64,000 bases of DNA from Prochlorococcus sp. AG-355-K03 (GCA_003278685.1 QCDS01000002.1:16731-80730); one strand, 5' to 3'. Positions 1-10,825 are shown, counted from the first letter of the stretch. Notes: generated by a model not told the origin, from the letters alone. Translations and numbers: made by a program.

Positions 1-643
1 ATTCTTCCATTAATTCTTCTCTGTCCATAGCTAAAACTGATGCGTCATCTGCTACTTCATCTAACATCGCTTTAATTAAGGGAAGATTAACCTTATTAGC
101 TTCCATTAATTCCTCTTTACAAGTAGATAAATTCTCTTTAAGCCACTCTTGACCATAATTCAAATGAAGATATTCATCTTTAACCACTCCCTCTGTTATT
201 CTTTTTGCAAAAGGATCCGCAACTCTTATGTAGACGTTATAAGCAGATATTGCAAATGCTTCAATTAAAATAGCTTGTATTAAAAGGCAGGTAGTCAAAT
301 TTCCTTTTTCAAGAGCAACTTGGAAATTACCATGTAATTTAGAAAAGAATTTTTTGGCGAATTCCATATCAGCTACTACACCTAAATTTCTTCCACATGC
401 CGTAAAGCCTTTTTTATGCTTCATTTCCATTCTCGCCAATTTAGTTAACTCCTCTAACTCATTTGGGATTAAAGTTGCTATGGAAATATAATTATCATGA
501 GCCTCTTGCTCTCCCTCTATAACAATTGCATTTATTCTGCTATATGCATCCTTATAAGAATCTGTGGTGAAGTCGGGTAAATCTAAAGAAATCGGATTAG
601 TCGATTCTTCAATAGTTTTTTTATTTGATTCTAGAGTTTGCAT
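1..643 (-). CDS. ado: Aldehyde deformylating oxygenase (alkane synthesis), 3' end outside window
   Basis: Not in ORF track. Read from ATG at 643: MQTLESNKK...YKDAYSRINAIVIEGEQEAHDNY...EMKHKKGF...IEAFAISAY...KDEYLHLN (di-iron ExxH motifs). Confidence 0.95.
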   Translation of the reverse strand, partial: MQTLESNKKTIEESTNPISLDLPDFTTDSYKDAYSRINAIVIEGEQEAHDNYISIATLIPNELEELTKLARMEMKHKKGFTACGRNLGVVADMEFAKKFFSKLHGNFQVALEKGNLTTCLLIQAILIEAFAISAYNVYIRVADPFAKRITEGVVKDEYLHLNYGQEWLKENLSTCKEELMEANKVNLPLIKAMLDEVADDASVLAMDREELMEE

Positions 644-754
644 GTCAGTAATCTTTAGCTCATTATGCATGAATATTACATTATTATAGAGAGTTTATTT
701 AAATATCATGAAAATAGTTTCAATTGTTAAGTCACATTTATTACTTAAACTTAT

Positions 755-1549
755 TTAAGAATTGTTTGGCCAATCTGATTGCATGAGATTCATAATCAAT
801 TTGAACCAATGATTAATCAATAATTCCTTTAAATTTTTCCCTAAAGACTCATTTGCTCCTCTACTATCTCCAATAACTCCTGATTTACTGAAGTCGTCAG
901 TAAGCCAAGCAGTAGGCGCATTGCCCTCTAGACTCCAACCTTCAGGGATCTCTACTTTATTACCCTCATTTGGGCGTTCATCACCTACTAATTCTGGTTT
1001 CAAAGCTAGCATCAAACTTGTTTCAGCTAAAGAAGCATGAAGACCATTCTCAATCTCATTTTTTGTTAACAATTCACTCAATCCATTTACACCACTCCAT
1101 AAAAAACAAGGGAAAACTGCCATCCCTGGTGCGGCACTTCTTAGCTCTCTTGCAGCGGTATTAAGTAGTGAAATTTGACCTCCATGTCCATTAATTAATA
1201 TCAATCTTTTAAAACCCATTTCAGATAATTGACCTCCGACTTCCTTTATCATTGAGGTTATTAAATTTGAGGAAAGTGAAATTGTCCCGGCAAAACCCTT
1301 ATGTTCTGGAGAAAAACCAATATATTGGGTTGGAAGTTTTTTTAATGGAATATCGGCAGAGAATAATTTAAAAACTTCGCTAATAATTTCATCAACAAAA
1401 ATGCTGTCTGTAGCTAGAGGCAAATGCGGCCCATGTTGCTCAAGAGCACCAAATGGCCAAATCACTGTTGATCTTTTGTTTTTTGCAACACACTCAATTT
1501 CTTGCCAATTTAAATATTCAAATTTATTAGGTATTGGTTTAAAGTTCAT
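755..1549 (-). CDS. Creatininase/amidohydrolase family protein
   Basis: GALEQHGPHLPLATD, SPEH, NGHGG, HAxxxETS motifs. Confidence 0.9.
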   Translation of the reverse strand: MNFKPIPNKFEYLNWQEIECVAKNKRSTVIWPFGALEQHGPHLPLATDSIFVDEIISEVFKLFSADIPLKKLPTQYIGFSPEHKGFAGTISLSSNLITSMIKEVGGQLSEMGFKRLILINGHGGQISLLNTAARELRSAAPGMAVFPCFLWSGVNGLSELLTKNEIENGLHASLAETSLMLALKPELVGDERPNEGNKVEIPEGWSLEGNAPTAWLTDDFSKSGVIGDSRGANESLGKNLKELLINHWFKLIMNLMQSDWPNNS

Positions 1550-1615
1550 TAATTTTAATTTTGAGTACTAACATTTAGAGTATGTTAATAATTAATTATT
1601 CTTATTTTACCTACG

Positions 1616-2821
1616 ATGGGAGTCAGTAATAAAAATGCCCAAGATAATATCCAACCAAAGGGCAATAAAAAACCTCTTCAGGTACTTCACATAAGCAAGA
1701 AAGACACTCAAAAAAAAGATAATGAGCTAACCAATTCTCAAGAAGAAATTAAAAAAGAAGATATCGCAATCAAACCGCAAATCATAAATAATGATTTATT
1801 AAAAGAAATTGAGGACAATAATGAAAACACCAAGGATTTTGATATTTCCCAACAAAATTTAACTCAACAAGACTTAACTAGACCCCTTAATTTTTCTAAG
1901 CAAAACACAGATTTTCAATTGGAAAGAACAGTTGATGAATTCGATTTTGATGAAAGTGCTTTTTTGGAAGCTTTAAATGCAAATGAGCCAATTGGGGCTA
2001 CAGGAGAAACAATTTCAGGTAAGGTTATAGCAATCGAAAGTGATGGACTATATGTTGACATTGGCGGAAAAGCACCTGGTTATATGCCCAAAAAAGAATG
2101 TGGTTTGGGTGTAATCACTAACTTTAAAGAAAAGTTTTCTATAGGCCTTGAAATGGAAGTTTTGGTTATCAAAGAACAAAATGCTGATGGGATGGTAACA
2201 GTGAGCGCTAGGGCATTAATTCTCAGGCAAAGTTGGGAGAAACTATCAAGTTCCGCAAAAAATGGAGAATTAATTAACGTTTTAATTAATGGATTTAACA
2301 GAGGTGGGCTTACATGTGATGTAGATGGATTAAGAGGATTCATCCCAAGATCCCAACTAGAAGATGGTCAAGATTATCAATCTTTTGTTGGCAAAACCCT
2401 AAAAGCAGCTTTTCTTGAGGTGAATCCAGAATCCAGAAAATTAGTTCTCTCTGAAAAGAAAGCATCATTAGTTTCTAAACTTACAAGTTTAGAATTGGGT
2501 CAATTAATTGAAGGAGAAGTTTTAGCAGTAAAACCATATGGCTTCTTTATAGATTTAGGTGGAGCTAGTGGACTTCTTCATCAATCCTCGATAACAAATG
2601 GATCCATTCGCTCTTTAAGAGAAGTTTTTAGGGAAGGGGAAATGATAAAAGCTTTAATATCTGAAATAGACCTAGAAAAAGGTCGTATTGGTCTCAATAC
2701 AGCACTCCTAGAAAATTCTGCGGGAGAATTAATTATTGATAAGCAAAAAGTTATGCAAGAAGCCACAGAAAGAGCACTAAAAACTAAAGCACTCTTCGAT
2801 AAAAAAGAACAAGATAAATGA
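1616..2821 (+). CDS. rps1b: 30S ribosomal protein S1 homolog B (three S1 domains, long polar N-terminal extension)
   Basis: S1 repeats VDIGGKAPG, GLRGFIPRSQL, YGFFIDLGGASGLLH. Confidence 0.85.
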   Translation: MGVSNKNAQDNIQPKGNKKPLQVLHISKKDTQKKDNELTNSQEEIKKEDIAIKPQIINNDLLKEIEDNNENTKDFDISQQNLTQQDLTRPLNFSKQNTDFQLERTVDEFDFDESAFLEALNANEPIGATGETISGKVIAIESDGLYVDIGGKAPGYMPKKECGLGVITNFKEKFSIGLEMEVLVIKEQNADGMVTVSARALILRQSWEKLSSSAKNGELINVLINGFNRGGLTCDVDGLRGFIPRSQLEDGQDYQSFVGKTLKAAFLEVNPESRKLVLSEKKASLVSKLTSLELGQLIEGEVLAVKPYGFFIDLGGASGLLHQSSITNGSIRSLREVFREGEMIKALISEIDLEKGRIGLNTALLENSAGELIIDKQKVMQEATERALKTKALFDKKEQDK

Positions 2822-3723
2822 ATATTAATAAAAAAATGGAGTCAAGTCTTAAATTAAAAATTTCAGATTGGGAATTAGACTTTTACTCAAGACCAATTAT
2901 TGAATCAAATGGAAAAAAAAGGTGGGAATTAATTATTTGCTCTACAAGAAGTTATAAAACAGAAGATGTTTTTCTTTGGAATAAAAAGTGCCCTGCAAAT
3001 GAAGTAAATTCAGTTTGGCTTACAAAGGCACTAAATGAAGCAATAAGTGAAGCAAAAAAACAAGGGTGGGAGAAACCTTCTATAGTTCGATTCTGGAGGT
3101 CGTCAATGAAATCGATCATTAAGAAATCTCTTGAGGCCGTGAGTATTGAGGCCATTGTAAGTAGGAGAACTTACAATTTATTAGATAGAATCGAATTTCT
3201 TGAAAAAGAGATTTATCCAAAGGAAAAAGGTTACGTAAGAGGCGTATTAGCTCCTACTTTTACTTCTAAAATGGAAAACCCTCCTACACCTCTACCAGAA
3301 GCAGTAAGGGGTGATGCTTTAACTATCTCTGAAATATCAATTGGCGAATTAAAATCAGCAGAAAACTGGCCTATGGAATTTGGAGATATTTTCCCAATTC
3401 AGCAAGATATAGATGATAATTACTTAGTTCCAGGATTAAGACTTTTTAGCAAAGATAGATCTTTGGCACTTTCTGCATGGTTTAGTTGTTTAGAACCTAT
3501 TAAATTAGTCGTAAATAAGAACCAACTCATACTTGAAGCTTCAGAAGATGATAAGTGGCTGGTAACTGATTTACCTGAAAAAGATTCAAACATTTTGAAT
3601 ACAAAGTTTTTAGAGAATAAAAAAAATTCTTTTGGTTATCAATTTATTTCCATACAGTCAACGCCTTATGTCGAAAAATTTGCAGGATTCTGGATCTTAA
3701 GAGATATTGAATTAATTTCATAA
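2818..3723 (+). CDS. Tab2/Atab2-family RNA-binding protein
   Basis: WELDFYSRP...KKRWEL and VNSVWL motifs; ATGA overlap with rps1b stop. Confidence 0.85.
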   Translation: MNINKKMESSLKLKISDWELDFYSRPIIESNGKKRWELIICSTRSYKTEDVFLWNKKCPANEVNSVWLTKALNEAISEAKKQGWEKPSIVRFWRSSMKSIIKKSLEAVSIEAIVSRRTYNLLDRIEFLEKEIYPKEKGYVRGVLAPTFTSKMENPPTPLPEAVRGDALTISEISIGELKSAENWPMEFGDIFPIQQDIDDNYLVPGLRLFSKDRSLALSAWFSCLEPIKLVVNKNQLILEASEDDKWLVTDLPEKDSNILNTKFLENKKNSFGYQFISIQSTPYVEKFAGFWILRDIELIS

Positions 3724-3732
3724 ATTCATTTT

Positions 3733-3741
3733 AGGAGGAGG
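3733..3741 (+). promoter_or_regulatory. Strong Shine-Dalgarno AGGAGGAGG
   Basis: AGGAGG at 3733-3738 lies 7 nt before in-frame ATT 3746. Confidence 0.6.
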
Positions 3742-3745
3742 AACT

Positions 3746-4528
3746 ATTCCTTACAAAGAAATATATTTCTCAAAAGATGAAATTTATATCCAAAATAAAA
3801 AATTTGAGTATTATTCATCACCTATTCTTAGTCAAAATAATTTCAAACATGCATACTTCACGAAGTCTTGCTCTGAGAAATATATTCAATTATTAGGGAA
3901 TCACTTTAATGAAAAATCCGTAAATTGTGTTTCCAATCAAATTCACAGTAATGTAATAGTGTTTGGATCTCATTCTCAAAAAGGAACTAAGACTGATGCA
4001 GATGGTCTTGTTGGCAATAAATGCAGTCAAAACTTATGGGTTTACACAGCTGATTGTATGCCAATATTTTTTGCAGATAAAAGGACAAGAAATGTAGCAA
4101 CCTTGCATTGTGGAAGAAAAGGTTTAGAAAAAAAAATAATAAAAAATCTGGTAAAAATTTTCGATACTTTTGGGACATCTCGAGATGACTTACTTGTTGC
4201 GATAGGACCAGCGATTTCCAAGGAACATTATCTAGTTGATAAAATGACGCTCAAAAAATTTTATGAAAAGGCCGAAAACAAAAACATAACTGTCAAATTG
4301 ACTAAAACTAAAAAAGATCTTTGTTTTAGTGATTCAAATCACTTCCAAGAGCAAAACTTTAATCAACTTGATCTAAAAAGATCTGCCTATAGACAACTTT
4401 TAAATGAGAACATCCCTCATACAAGTATAGACGTCTCAAATTTATGCACATACAAATTAAATAATGAATTTTATTCCTGGAGAAGGAGCAAAACAATCTC
4501 GCGACAATGGAATCTTATTTGCTCATAA
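3746..4528 (+). CDS. pgeF: PgeF/YfiH (laccase-domain) family protein; probable start upstream of the track's GTG at 3959
   Basis: TADC and LHCGRKG motifs, AIGPAI, CT...FYSWRR. Frame is open back to TAA 3713-3715 and includes conserved KHAYFTK and NQIHSN; ATT 3746 follows AGGAGG. Confidence 0.8.
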   Translation: MPYKEIYFSKDEIYIQNKKFEYYSSPILSQNNFKHAYFTKSCSEKYIQLLGNHFNEKSVNCVSNQIHSNVIVFGSHSQKGTKTDADGLVGNKCSQNLWVYTADCMPIFFADKRTRNVATLHCGRKGLEKKIIKNLVKIFDTFGTSRDDLLVAIGPAISKEHYLVDKMTLKKFYEKAENKNITVKLTKTKKDLCFSDSNHFQEQNFNQLDLKRSAYRQLLNENIPHTSIDVSNLCTYKLNNEFYSWRRSKTISRQWNLICS

Positions 4529-4534
4529 ACATAA

Positions 4535-4885
4535 TTAACTTGGACAAATTTCACTACTTAAGTTTTTAGCGACCAATAATTCCGTCATCTCCTTAGTACC
4601 CTTAATATTAAAAACTTTAGCTAATAAAACGTTCTCTTTGAAACCAAAAGGCTTTATTTTCACTTTGCTCCCCCTTGGAAATTCACTCTTAAGTAGATTA
4701 GTTGCTTCAATCTCATCATTTTCATTTACATTTACACAAAATAATCCAATATTTAAATTTCTATTTTGATCCCCCACCAAAATAGTATTTGAACTTTTAA
4801 TTTGAAGAATTTCGGCCGAGTTTACTACTACAGGATTAAGAATAATCAAACAGACTATAATTAAAATTTTTGATAATTTTTTCAA
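4535..4885 (-). CDS. Exported hypothetical protein, possibly degenerate SNase/thermonuclease fold
   Basis: N-terminal signal peptide; spacing resembles SNase but DGDT is replaced by SSNT. Confidence 0.55.
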   Translation of the reverse strand: MKKLSKILIIVCLIILNPVVVNSAEILQIKSSNTILVGDQNRNLNIGLFCVNVNENDEIEATNLLKSEFPRGSKVKIKPFGFKENVLLAKVFNIKGTKEMTELLVAKNLSSEICPS

Positions 4886-4953
4886 TTCAGAAATTTATAA
4901 GTTTTTAAATTATCTTAAAGTTAATTTTTTAAAATGAAGAATTCTAAAAAAAA

Positions 4954-6717
4954 TTAGTCTTCACAATTAACATATCCAACCATTTGAGCATTACTTTTAC
5001 CAGGAGGAACCATTGGATAACAATTTTCACCTCTCCTGACAAGGATATTAATCAAGGCAGGGCAGTCATGATCAAGCGCATTTTTAAATTCATTCTGTAA
5101 TTGTTTTCTATCAGAAATTAAGTATCCTTTAACTCCGAAAGACTCAGCAAGTTTTACAAAATCAGGTTCCCCACAACTCATATCAGATGAGGAATATCTT
5201 TCATCATAGAAACTTTCCTGCCATTGTCTTACCATCCCTTGCCAGCGATTATTGATAATAATCAATTTCACCTTTAGACCATATTGAGATAAGGTTCCTA
5301 ATTCTTGAATATTCATTAAGACACTTGCATCTCCTGCAATACAAATTACATCTGAATTAGGTAAGGCTGCTTTTACTCCAATTGCCGCTGGCAATCCAAA
5401 ACCCATAGTTCCTAAGCCTGCACTACTAATCCATTTTCTTGGAGAATTCCTAAGATATTGAGCAGCCCACATCTGATGTTGTCCTACATCTGTAGTTATA
5501 TAAGCTTCTGGTGAAAGTTCCCTCACTTTTAAAAGAACTTCCTGAGGATAAATTTCTCCTTCTTTAGGCGGGTCATATAAAGGGTGTTTATTTTTCCAAA
5601 AATCAATTTTTTCTAACCAGTTTTTCGTCTGACAAGTAAATTTATTTTTTAGAGATTGTTCATTAATTTTCAGAACAGCTTTTGAAACATCAGCAACAAT
5701 TGCAACATCTACACGTCTATTTTTATTAACTTCTGCTGGGTCGATATCTATATGAATTACTTTTGCATTAGGTGCAAAAGTATCTAATTTTCCTGTCACC
5801 CTATCATCGAATCTTGCTCCAATAGCAATTAAAAGATCGCATTCTGTAACAGCAAAATTTGCATAAGCAGTTCCATGCATTCCTAACATCCCTACTGATA
5901 AATTGTCTTTTTCATCAAAAGCACCCTTCCCCATTAAGGTTGTGGTAACTGGTATTTGATAATTCTTTGCCAAAGTTTTTATTTCATCATGCGCTCCTGA
6001 AGAAATTGCCCCACCTCCTACGTATAGAAGAGGTCTTTCAGAATCCTCTATTAATTTAATTGCTTTATTGATATCGCAATCATTAATTTCTCCATTCCTT
6101 TTAAATCCTTTAGGAATAATCTCACCAGGTAAAACTCTCTGGTAATTAAAGAACTCCTGACCTACATCTTTGGGTATATCAATTAAAACAGGGCCAGGCC
6201 TTCCAGATGAGGCTATAAAAAAAGCTTCAGAAACTACTTTCGCGATATCTGAAGGATCCCTTATTACCCATGAATGTTTCACTATTGGAAGAGTTATGCC
6301 AAAAATATCAGTCTCTTGAAAAGCGTCTGTCCCAATAGCTGGTCTTGGGACTTGACCTGTAACAACAACTAGAGGGACTGAATCCATTTGAGCAGTGGCA
6401 ATTCCAGTTACTAAATTTGTTGCACCTGGACCTGAGGTTCCAAAACATACTCCTACTTCACCAGTAGATCTTGCATATCCATCAGCCGCATGTGAACCAC
6501 CTTGTTCATGCCTAACCATATAGTGCTTTAACCAACCATCTTGTTCTGCCTTATGAACAGCGTCATATATTGGTAGAATGGCTCCCCCAGGATATCCAAA
6601 TATAACCTTTACTCCATGAATTTTTAAGGAATCCATTAGTGCATCTGCACCAGTTATCCAAACTGGATTTTCATGTTTTGAACTACCCTTTGAAAAGGAT
6701 CTCGAAGTAAGGGTCAC
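4954..6717 (-). CDS. ilvB: Acetolactate synthase large subunit
   Basis: [31 protein letters not shown] motif. Confidence 0.97.
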   Translation of the reverse strand: MTLTSRSFSKGSSKHENPVWITGADALMDSLKIHGVKVIFGYPGGAILPIYDAVHKAEQDGWLKHYMVRHEQGGSHAADGYARSTGEVGVCFGTSGPGATNLVTGIATAQMDSVPLVVVTGQVPRPAIGTDAFQETDIFGITLPIVKHSWVIRDPSDIAKVVSEAFFIASSGRPGPVLIDIPKDVGQEFFNYQRVLPGEIIPKGFKRNGEINDCDINKAIKLIEDSERPLLYVGGGAISSGAHDEIKTLAKNYQIPVTTTLMGKGAFDEKDNLSVGMLGMHGTAYANFAVTECDLLIAIGARFDDRVTGKLDTFAPNAKVIHIDIDPAEVNKNRRVDVAIVADVSKAVLKINEQSLKNKFTCQTKNWLEKIDFWKNKHPLYDPPKEGEIYPQEVLLKVRELSPEAYITTDVGQHQMWAAQYLRNSPRKWISSAGLGTMGFGLPAAIGVKAALPNSDVICIAGDASVLMNIQELGTLSQYGLKVKLIIINNRWQGMVRQWQESFYDERYSSSDMSCGEPDFVKLAESFGVKGYLISDRKQLQNEFKNALDHDCPALINILVRRGENCYPMVPPGKSNAQMVGYVNCED

Positions 6718-6854
6718 TAAAGAAATTCAATATTTAATATAAATATTAAACTCAATTAAATACTTTTGCCTCATTTAGAAATGTAATGTCAGAAATATAT
6801 TCAAAAAAATCTTTAAAAAAATTTAAAAATTTTCAAATAAATATCAATTTTTCT

Positions 6855-8030
6855 TTATAAGATGCCTAATTTATGTAGAGGTCCAGAGCCTGAAATAAGT
6901 TCAATAAAAAGTACAAGAAAAATAATCATTGCAACCCTTCCGTTCCACACCTCTGAGCTATTATTCCAACCCCATTGCCACTTCTCCTGAGGATAAAGTT
7001 TAACTTTTTCAGGCAACTTAGAAGCCTCCTCTATATTAACCAGAGGTCCTTCCAAGCAGGAAATCACTAGATCACTAAGACCTTCAATAAAAGTAGGATG
7101 AGTATTCAGAGCCTTAACTCTCCGAAAGTTTTTAATACCAGCCTTTTCAGCAATTTCTTTATATTCAATATCAATTTCTTGCAATGTTTCGATATGCTCT
7201 CCAACGAAACTTATAGGGACCACAATCAGATCATTAACATTTGACCTTCCAAGATCAGCTAACACTTCTTCTGTATAAGGCTTCAACCATTCAACAGGAC
7301 CTACTCTACTTTGATAAGAAAGTGTATGAGAGTTACTATAACCTAAACATTTTTCCAGCTCATTTATAATTAATAAAGAACAATCTTCAATTTGTTGTTT
7401 GTAAGGGTCTCCAGCTTCCTCTACGTAACTCTTAGGAACTCCATGAGCAGTGAAAAATATATGGGCTTCTGAAGGTGATTCACAAAGTGAAATCTGTTCA
7501 GAAATTAATTCAACCATAGACTTTAAATAACCTGATTGACTGAACCAACTCCTTACACATCTCATTGGAACCTTCTTGAATTCATCATCAGAATCGCGCA
7601 ATTTTTTTAATTCTCTAAAGCTCGAACCACTAGTACTTATCGAAAAATGCGGATATAAGGGTATCACAACAACTTGATCTATGCCATCTGCCTTCATATC
7701 AGCAATTGCTGATTCGGTAAAAGGATGCCAATACCTCATAGCGATGTAAGTAGTGGCATTAAACCCCTTATCCCTTAATTTAGATTGTAATTCTCTTGCT
7801 TGTTGTTCAGTTATCCTTCTGATAGGTGAACCTCCACCTATTGAAAGGTAGGCTTGTTGCGAAGTAGTACTCCTAAGAGTGCTAATTAACCAAGCCAGTG
7901 GCTTTTGAAAAACAGGAAAAGGTGTCCTGATAATTTCTGGATCAGAAAAAAGATTGTATAAGAATGGGCCGACATCAGTAATGCGTTCAGGCCCTCCTAA
8001 ATTCATTAGTAAGACGCCTATTTTATCCAT
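6855..8030 (-). CDS. hemH: Ferrochelatase with C-terminal CAB/HLIP domain
   Basis: [33 protein letters not shown]; tail EVWNGRVAM. Confidence 0.97.
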   Translation of the reverse strand: MDKIGVLLMNLGGPERITDVGPFLYNLFSDPEIIRTPFPVFQKPLAWLISTLRSTTSQQAYLSIGGGSPIRRITEQQARELQSKLRDKGFNATTYIAMRYWHPFTESAIADMKADGIDQVVVIPLYPHFSISTSGSSFRELKKLRDSDDEFKKVPMRCVRSWFSQSGYLKSMVELISEQISLCESPSEAHIFFTAHGVPKSYVEEAGDPYKQQIEDCSLLIINELEKCLGYSNSHTLSYQSRVGPVEWLKPYTEEVLADLGRSNVNDLIVVPISFVGEHIETLQEIDIEYKEIAEKAGIKNFRRVKALNTHPTFIEGLSDLVISCLEGPLVNIEEASKLPEKVKLYPQEKWQWGWNNSSEVWNGRVAMIIFLVLFIELISGSGPLHKLGIL

Positions 8031-8095
8031 TTAAAATATATGGAGATTGAAAATCAACATTAAAAACGTCATTATATGGTCAATTATATAAGTTA

Positions 8096-9265
8096 ATGAA
8101 CGTAATTCAGGAAATTAATAATGTCAATGATAAATTTGCTACTCAAGGCAGCAAGCTTAAAATTGAGAAAAGAGGAGAGAAATTAAATATTCGTGGTTCA
8201 CTACCTTCCAAAGAAGATAACAATAACTTTAAAATTCAAAGAATATCTCTTGGCTTAAAGGCTGATATTTCTGGATTAGAGGAAGCCAAAAAAAAATTAC
8301 AATTAATCAATTTGCAATTGGAATTAAATCAATTTGATTGGATTAATTGGATAGGTAAACCTTATAAAAAGGAAATAAAAGATGGTTTTGAATTCCCAAA
8401 AAGATTAAATCAATTTGAGGAATTTTTTTTTAAAGAAAATAAAAGTGATTTTCGAACCAGCACTAGAAAAACTACTTGGAGAAGTTCTTACAAACCATAT
8501 ATGAAAAGAGTCTTAAATATTTACAATGACAATGAGAATGCAGCTTTAGAAAAAATATTTCAAAAAACACTTGAAAGTTATAAGGAAGGTACCAGAAGTA
8601 GGAAACAATGCGCTACTTCTTTAAGTGTTTTGGCTAAGTTTTTGGATATTAAACTCCCACAAGATTGGAAATTAAATTCTAGAGGATATGGTCTGAAAAA
8701 AGCAGGATTTAGGGATCTACCTAAAGACGAATTAATAGAGAAACTGTGGGAGACGATACCAAATAGGTCTTGGAAATTTGTTTTTGGTTTGATGGCTACA
8801 TATGGATTAAGGAATCATGAAGTATTTTTTTGTGATTTAAGTTCTCTTACTAATTTTGGGGACAAAATTATAAGAGTTTTGCCTACGACTAAAACTGGAG
8901 AACATCAAGTTTGGCCATTTCATCCTGAATGGGTGGAAAAGTTTGAATTATCAAAACTTGGCGAAAATCCAGAGCTTTTACCAAACATTAATAGAGACCT
9001 TAAAGTTACAACCCTGCAGAATATTGGAAAAAAAATTACAGACCAGTTTAAGCGTTACTCTTTGCAAATAAAACCTTATGATCTAAGGCATGCTTGGGCA
9101 GTTAGAACAATTTTTTATGATTTACCTGATACTGTGGCTGCCAGAATGATGGGACATTCGGTTAGTTTACATACTCAAACTTATCACCACTGGATTACTA
9201 AAAGAGATCAACAACAGGCAGTAAATAATGCACTTTTAAAAGTTAAAAGAGTTAAAAATATTTAA
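8096..9265 (+). CDS. Tyrosine recombinase (phage integrase family, XisA/XisC-like)
   Basis: YGLRNHE (R), TKTG (K), YDLRH, MMGHS, HTQTY (catalytic Y); N-terminal LNIRGSLPSK. Confidence 0.9.
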   Translation: MNVIQEINNVNDKFATQGSKLKIEKRGEKLNIRGSLPSKEDNNNFKIQRISLGLKADISGLEEAKKKLQLINLQLELNQFDWINWIGKPYKKEIKDGFEFPKRLNQFEEFFFKENKSDFRTSTRKTTWRSSYKPYMKRVLNIYNDNENAALEKIFQKTLESYKEGTRSRKQCATSLSVLAKFLDIKLPQDWKLNSRGYGLKKAGFRDLPKDELIEKLWETIPNRSWKFVFGLMATYGLRNHEVFFCDLSSLTNFGDKIIRVLPTTKTGEHQVWPFHPEWVEKFELSKLGENPELLPNINRDLKVTTLQNIGKKITDQFKRYSLQIKPYDLRHAWAVRTIFYDLPDTVAARMMGHSVSLHTQTYHHWITKRDQQQAVNNALLKVKRVKNI

Positions 9266-9299
9266 AGATTTATAATAATTAAATAAAATTAAGGGTCAA

Positions 9300-9992
9300 A
9301 TGCAAGAAAAACCTTCATTTTCCGAGAAAAATTTTAACCTCGATAATCAAGCAAATAAACTTGGAATGGGAGGTAAATTATCACCGGACAGTGATGAGAG
9401 CTCATATAAAAAAAGAATGCAGAAAAGAAAAGATGTTCAAGCCGAAAGACTACAAATTAGAAAAACAAAAAAAGGATTATTGATTGTTTTTACAGGAAAT
9501 GGCAAGGGCAAGACAACTGCCTCTTTAGGTATGGCTTTAAGGACTATAGGGCATGGTTATAAAGTGGCGATAATTCAATTTATCAAGGGTGGCTGGACCA
9601 CTGGAGAAGAAAAAGCACTAAAAAACTTTTCTACAAACCTATCTTGGCATTCATTAGGAGAGGGATTTACTTGGGAAACTCAAGACAGAATAAGAGATGA
9701 AAAATTAGTTCAAGAGGCGTGGCAATTAGCCAAAAAATACATCCAAAACGAATCTTATAAACTTATCATTCTTGATGAAATTAATATTGCCACAAAACTT
9801 GGTTATCTTGCTCCCGAAGAAATAATCACTTTTTTAAAAAGCTTAAATAATAGAAAGAATCATATAGTTTTAACTGGAAGGGGTGCATCTAATTCAATCA
9901 TAAATTACGCTGATCTAGTTACAGAGATGAAACTAATAAGACATCCATTTAAAGAACAAGGAATAAAAGCACAAAAGTGTGTTGAATTTTAG
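9300..9992 (+). CDS. cobO: Cob(I)yrinic acid a,c-diamide adenosyltransferase
   Basis: TGNGKGKTTA, QFIKG, LDEIN, VLTGR, HPF. Confidence 0.95.
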   Translation: MQEKPSFSEKNFNLDNQANKLGMGGKLSPDSDESSYKKRMQKRKDVQAERLQIRKTKKGLLIVFTGNGKGKTTASLGMALRTIGHGYKVAIIQFIKGGWTTGEEKALKNFSTNLSWHSLGEGFTWETQDRIRDEKLVQEAWQLAKKYIQNESYKLIILDEINIATKLGYLAPEEIITFLKSLNNRKNHIVLTGRGASNSIINYADLVTEMKLIRHPFKEQGIKAQKCVEF

Positions 9993-10120
9993 TTGAAGTA
10001 AATTATTATTTAAAATTTTCTTTAGGCAAGTTTAGAAATGTTTAAAGACGCAAGCAATATCTGAACAAAAAATAAATTTGGTGCATTTACTTGCTAAGGT
10101 CTTAAAAGTACAATTATTGA

Positions 10121-10825
10121 ATGGCTTACAAAAGAGTTCTCTTAAAACTTAGTGGTGAAGCACTAATGGGTGAAAAACCTTATGGTATTGATCCTGCTAT
10201 AGTCCAGTCAATTGCAGAGGATGTTTCAAAAGTAGTCGAAAATAATGTGCAACTTGCAATAGTTGTTGGAGGCGGGAATATTTTTAGGGGGCTTAAAGGG
10301 TCTGCAGATGGCATGGATAGGGCTACAGCTGATTATGTTGGGATGCTCGCGACAGTAATGAATGCAATTTCACTTCAAGATGGTTTAGAAAGAGTAGGAG
10401 TTGCAACCAGAGTTCAAACTGCAATAGAAATGCAGGAAATTGCCGAACCCTATATCAGAAGAAGAGCTATGAGACACCTTGAAAAAGGGAGAGTTGTGGT
10501 CTTCGGAGGTGGATGCGGAAATCCATTTTTCACAACTGACACTACAGCGGCTCTGAGGGCAGCGGAGATAAATGCAGAAGTTGTTATGAAGGCAACGAAA
10601 GTTGATGGAGTATATAATTGTGATCCTAATAAATTTAAAGATGCAAAAAAATATTCCTCTCTTAGTTATCAGCAAGTTCTTAGCGATGAAATCGCAGTAA
10701 TGGATAGTACCGCAATTGCACTATGCAAAGATAACAATATTCCTATCATGGTATTTGATATATTCAAAAAAGGGAACATTTCTAAAGCTGTTGCTGGGGA
10801 TCCTATAGGTTCATTAATAAGTTAA
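10121..10825 (+). CDS. pyrH: Uridylate kinase
   Basis: [27 protein letters not shown]. Confidence 0.98.
   Translation: MAYKRVLLKLSGEALMGEKPYGIDPAIVQSIAEDVSKVVENNVQLAIVVGGGNIFRGLKGSADGMDRATADYVGMLATVMNAISLQDGLERVGVATRVQTAIEMQEIAEPYIRRRAMRHLEKGRVVVFGGGCGNPFFTTDTTAALRAAEINAEVVMKATKVDGVYNCDPNKFKDAKKYSSLSYQQVLSDEIAVMDSTAIALCKDNNIPIMVFDIFKKGNISKAVAGDPIGSLIS

Noticed and set aside
3959-4528. pgeF as a 5'-truncated pseudogene
   Set aside because: The upstream frame is open and encodes family motifs; better explained by a non-canonical start.
8096-9265. Prophage or genomic island marked by the integrase
   Set aside because: Flanked tightly by hemH and cobO; no att repeats, phage genes, tRNA target or compositional shift seen.
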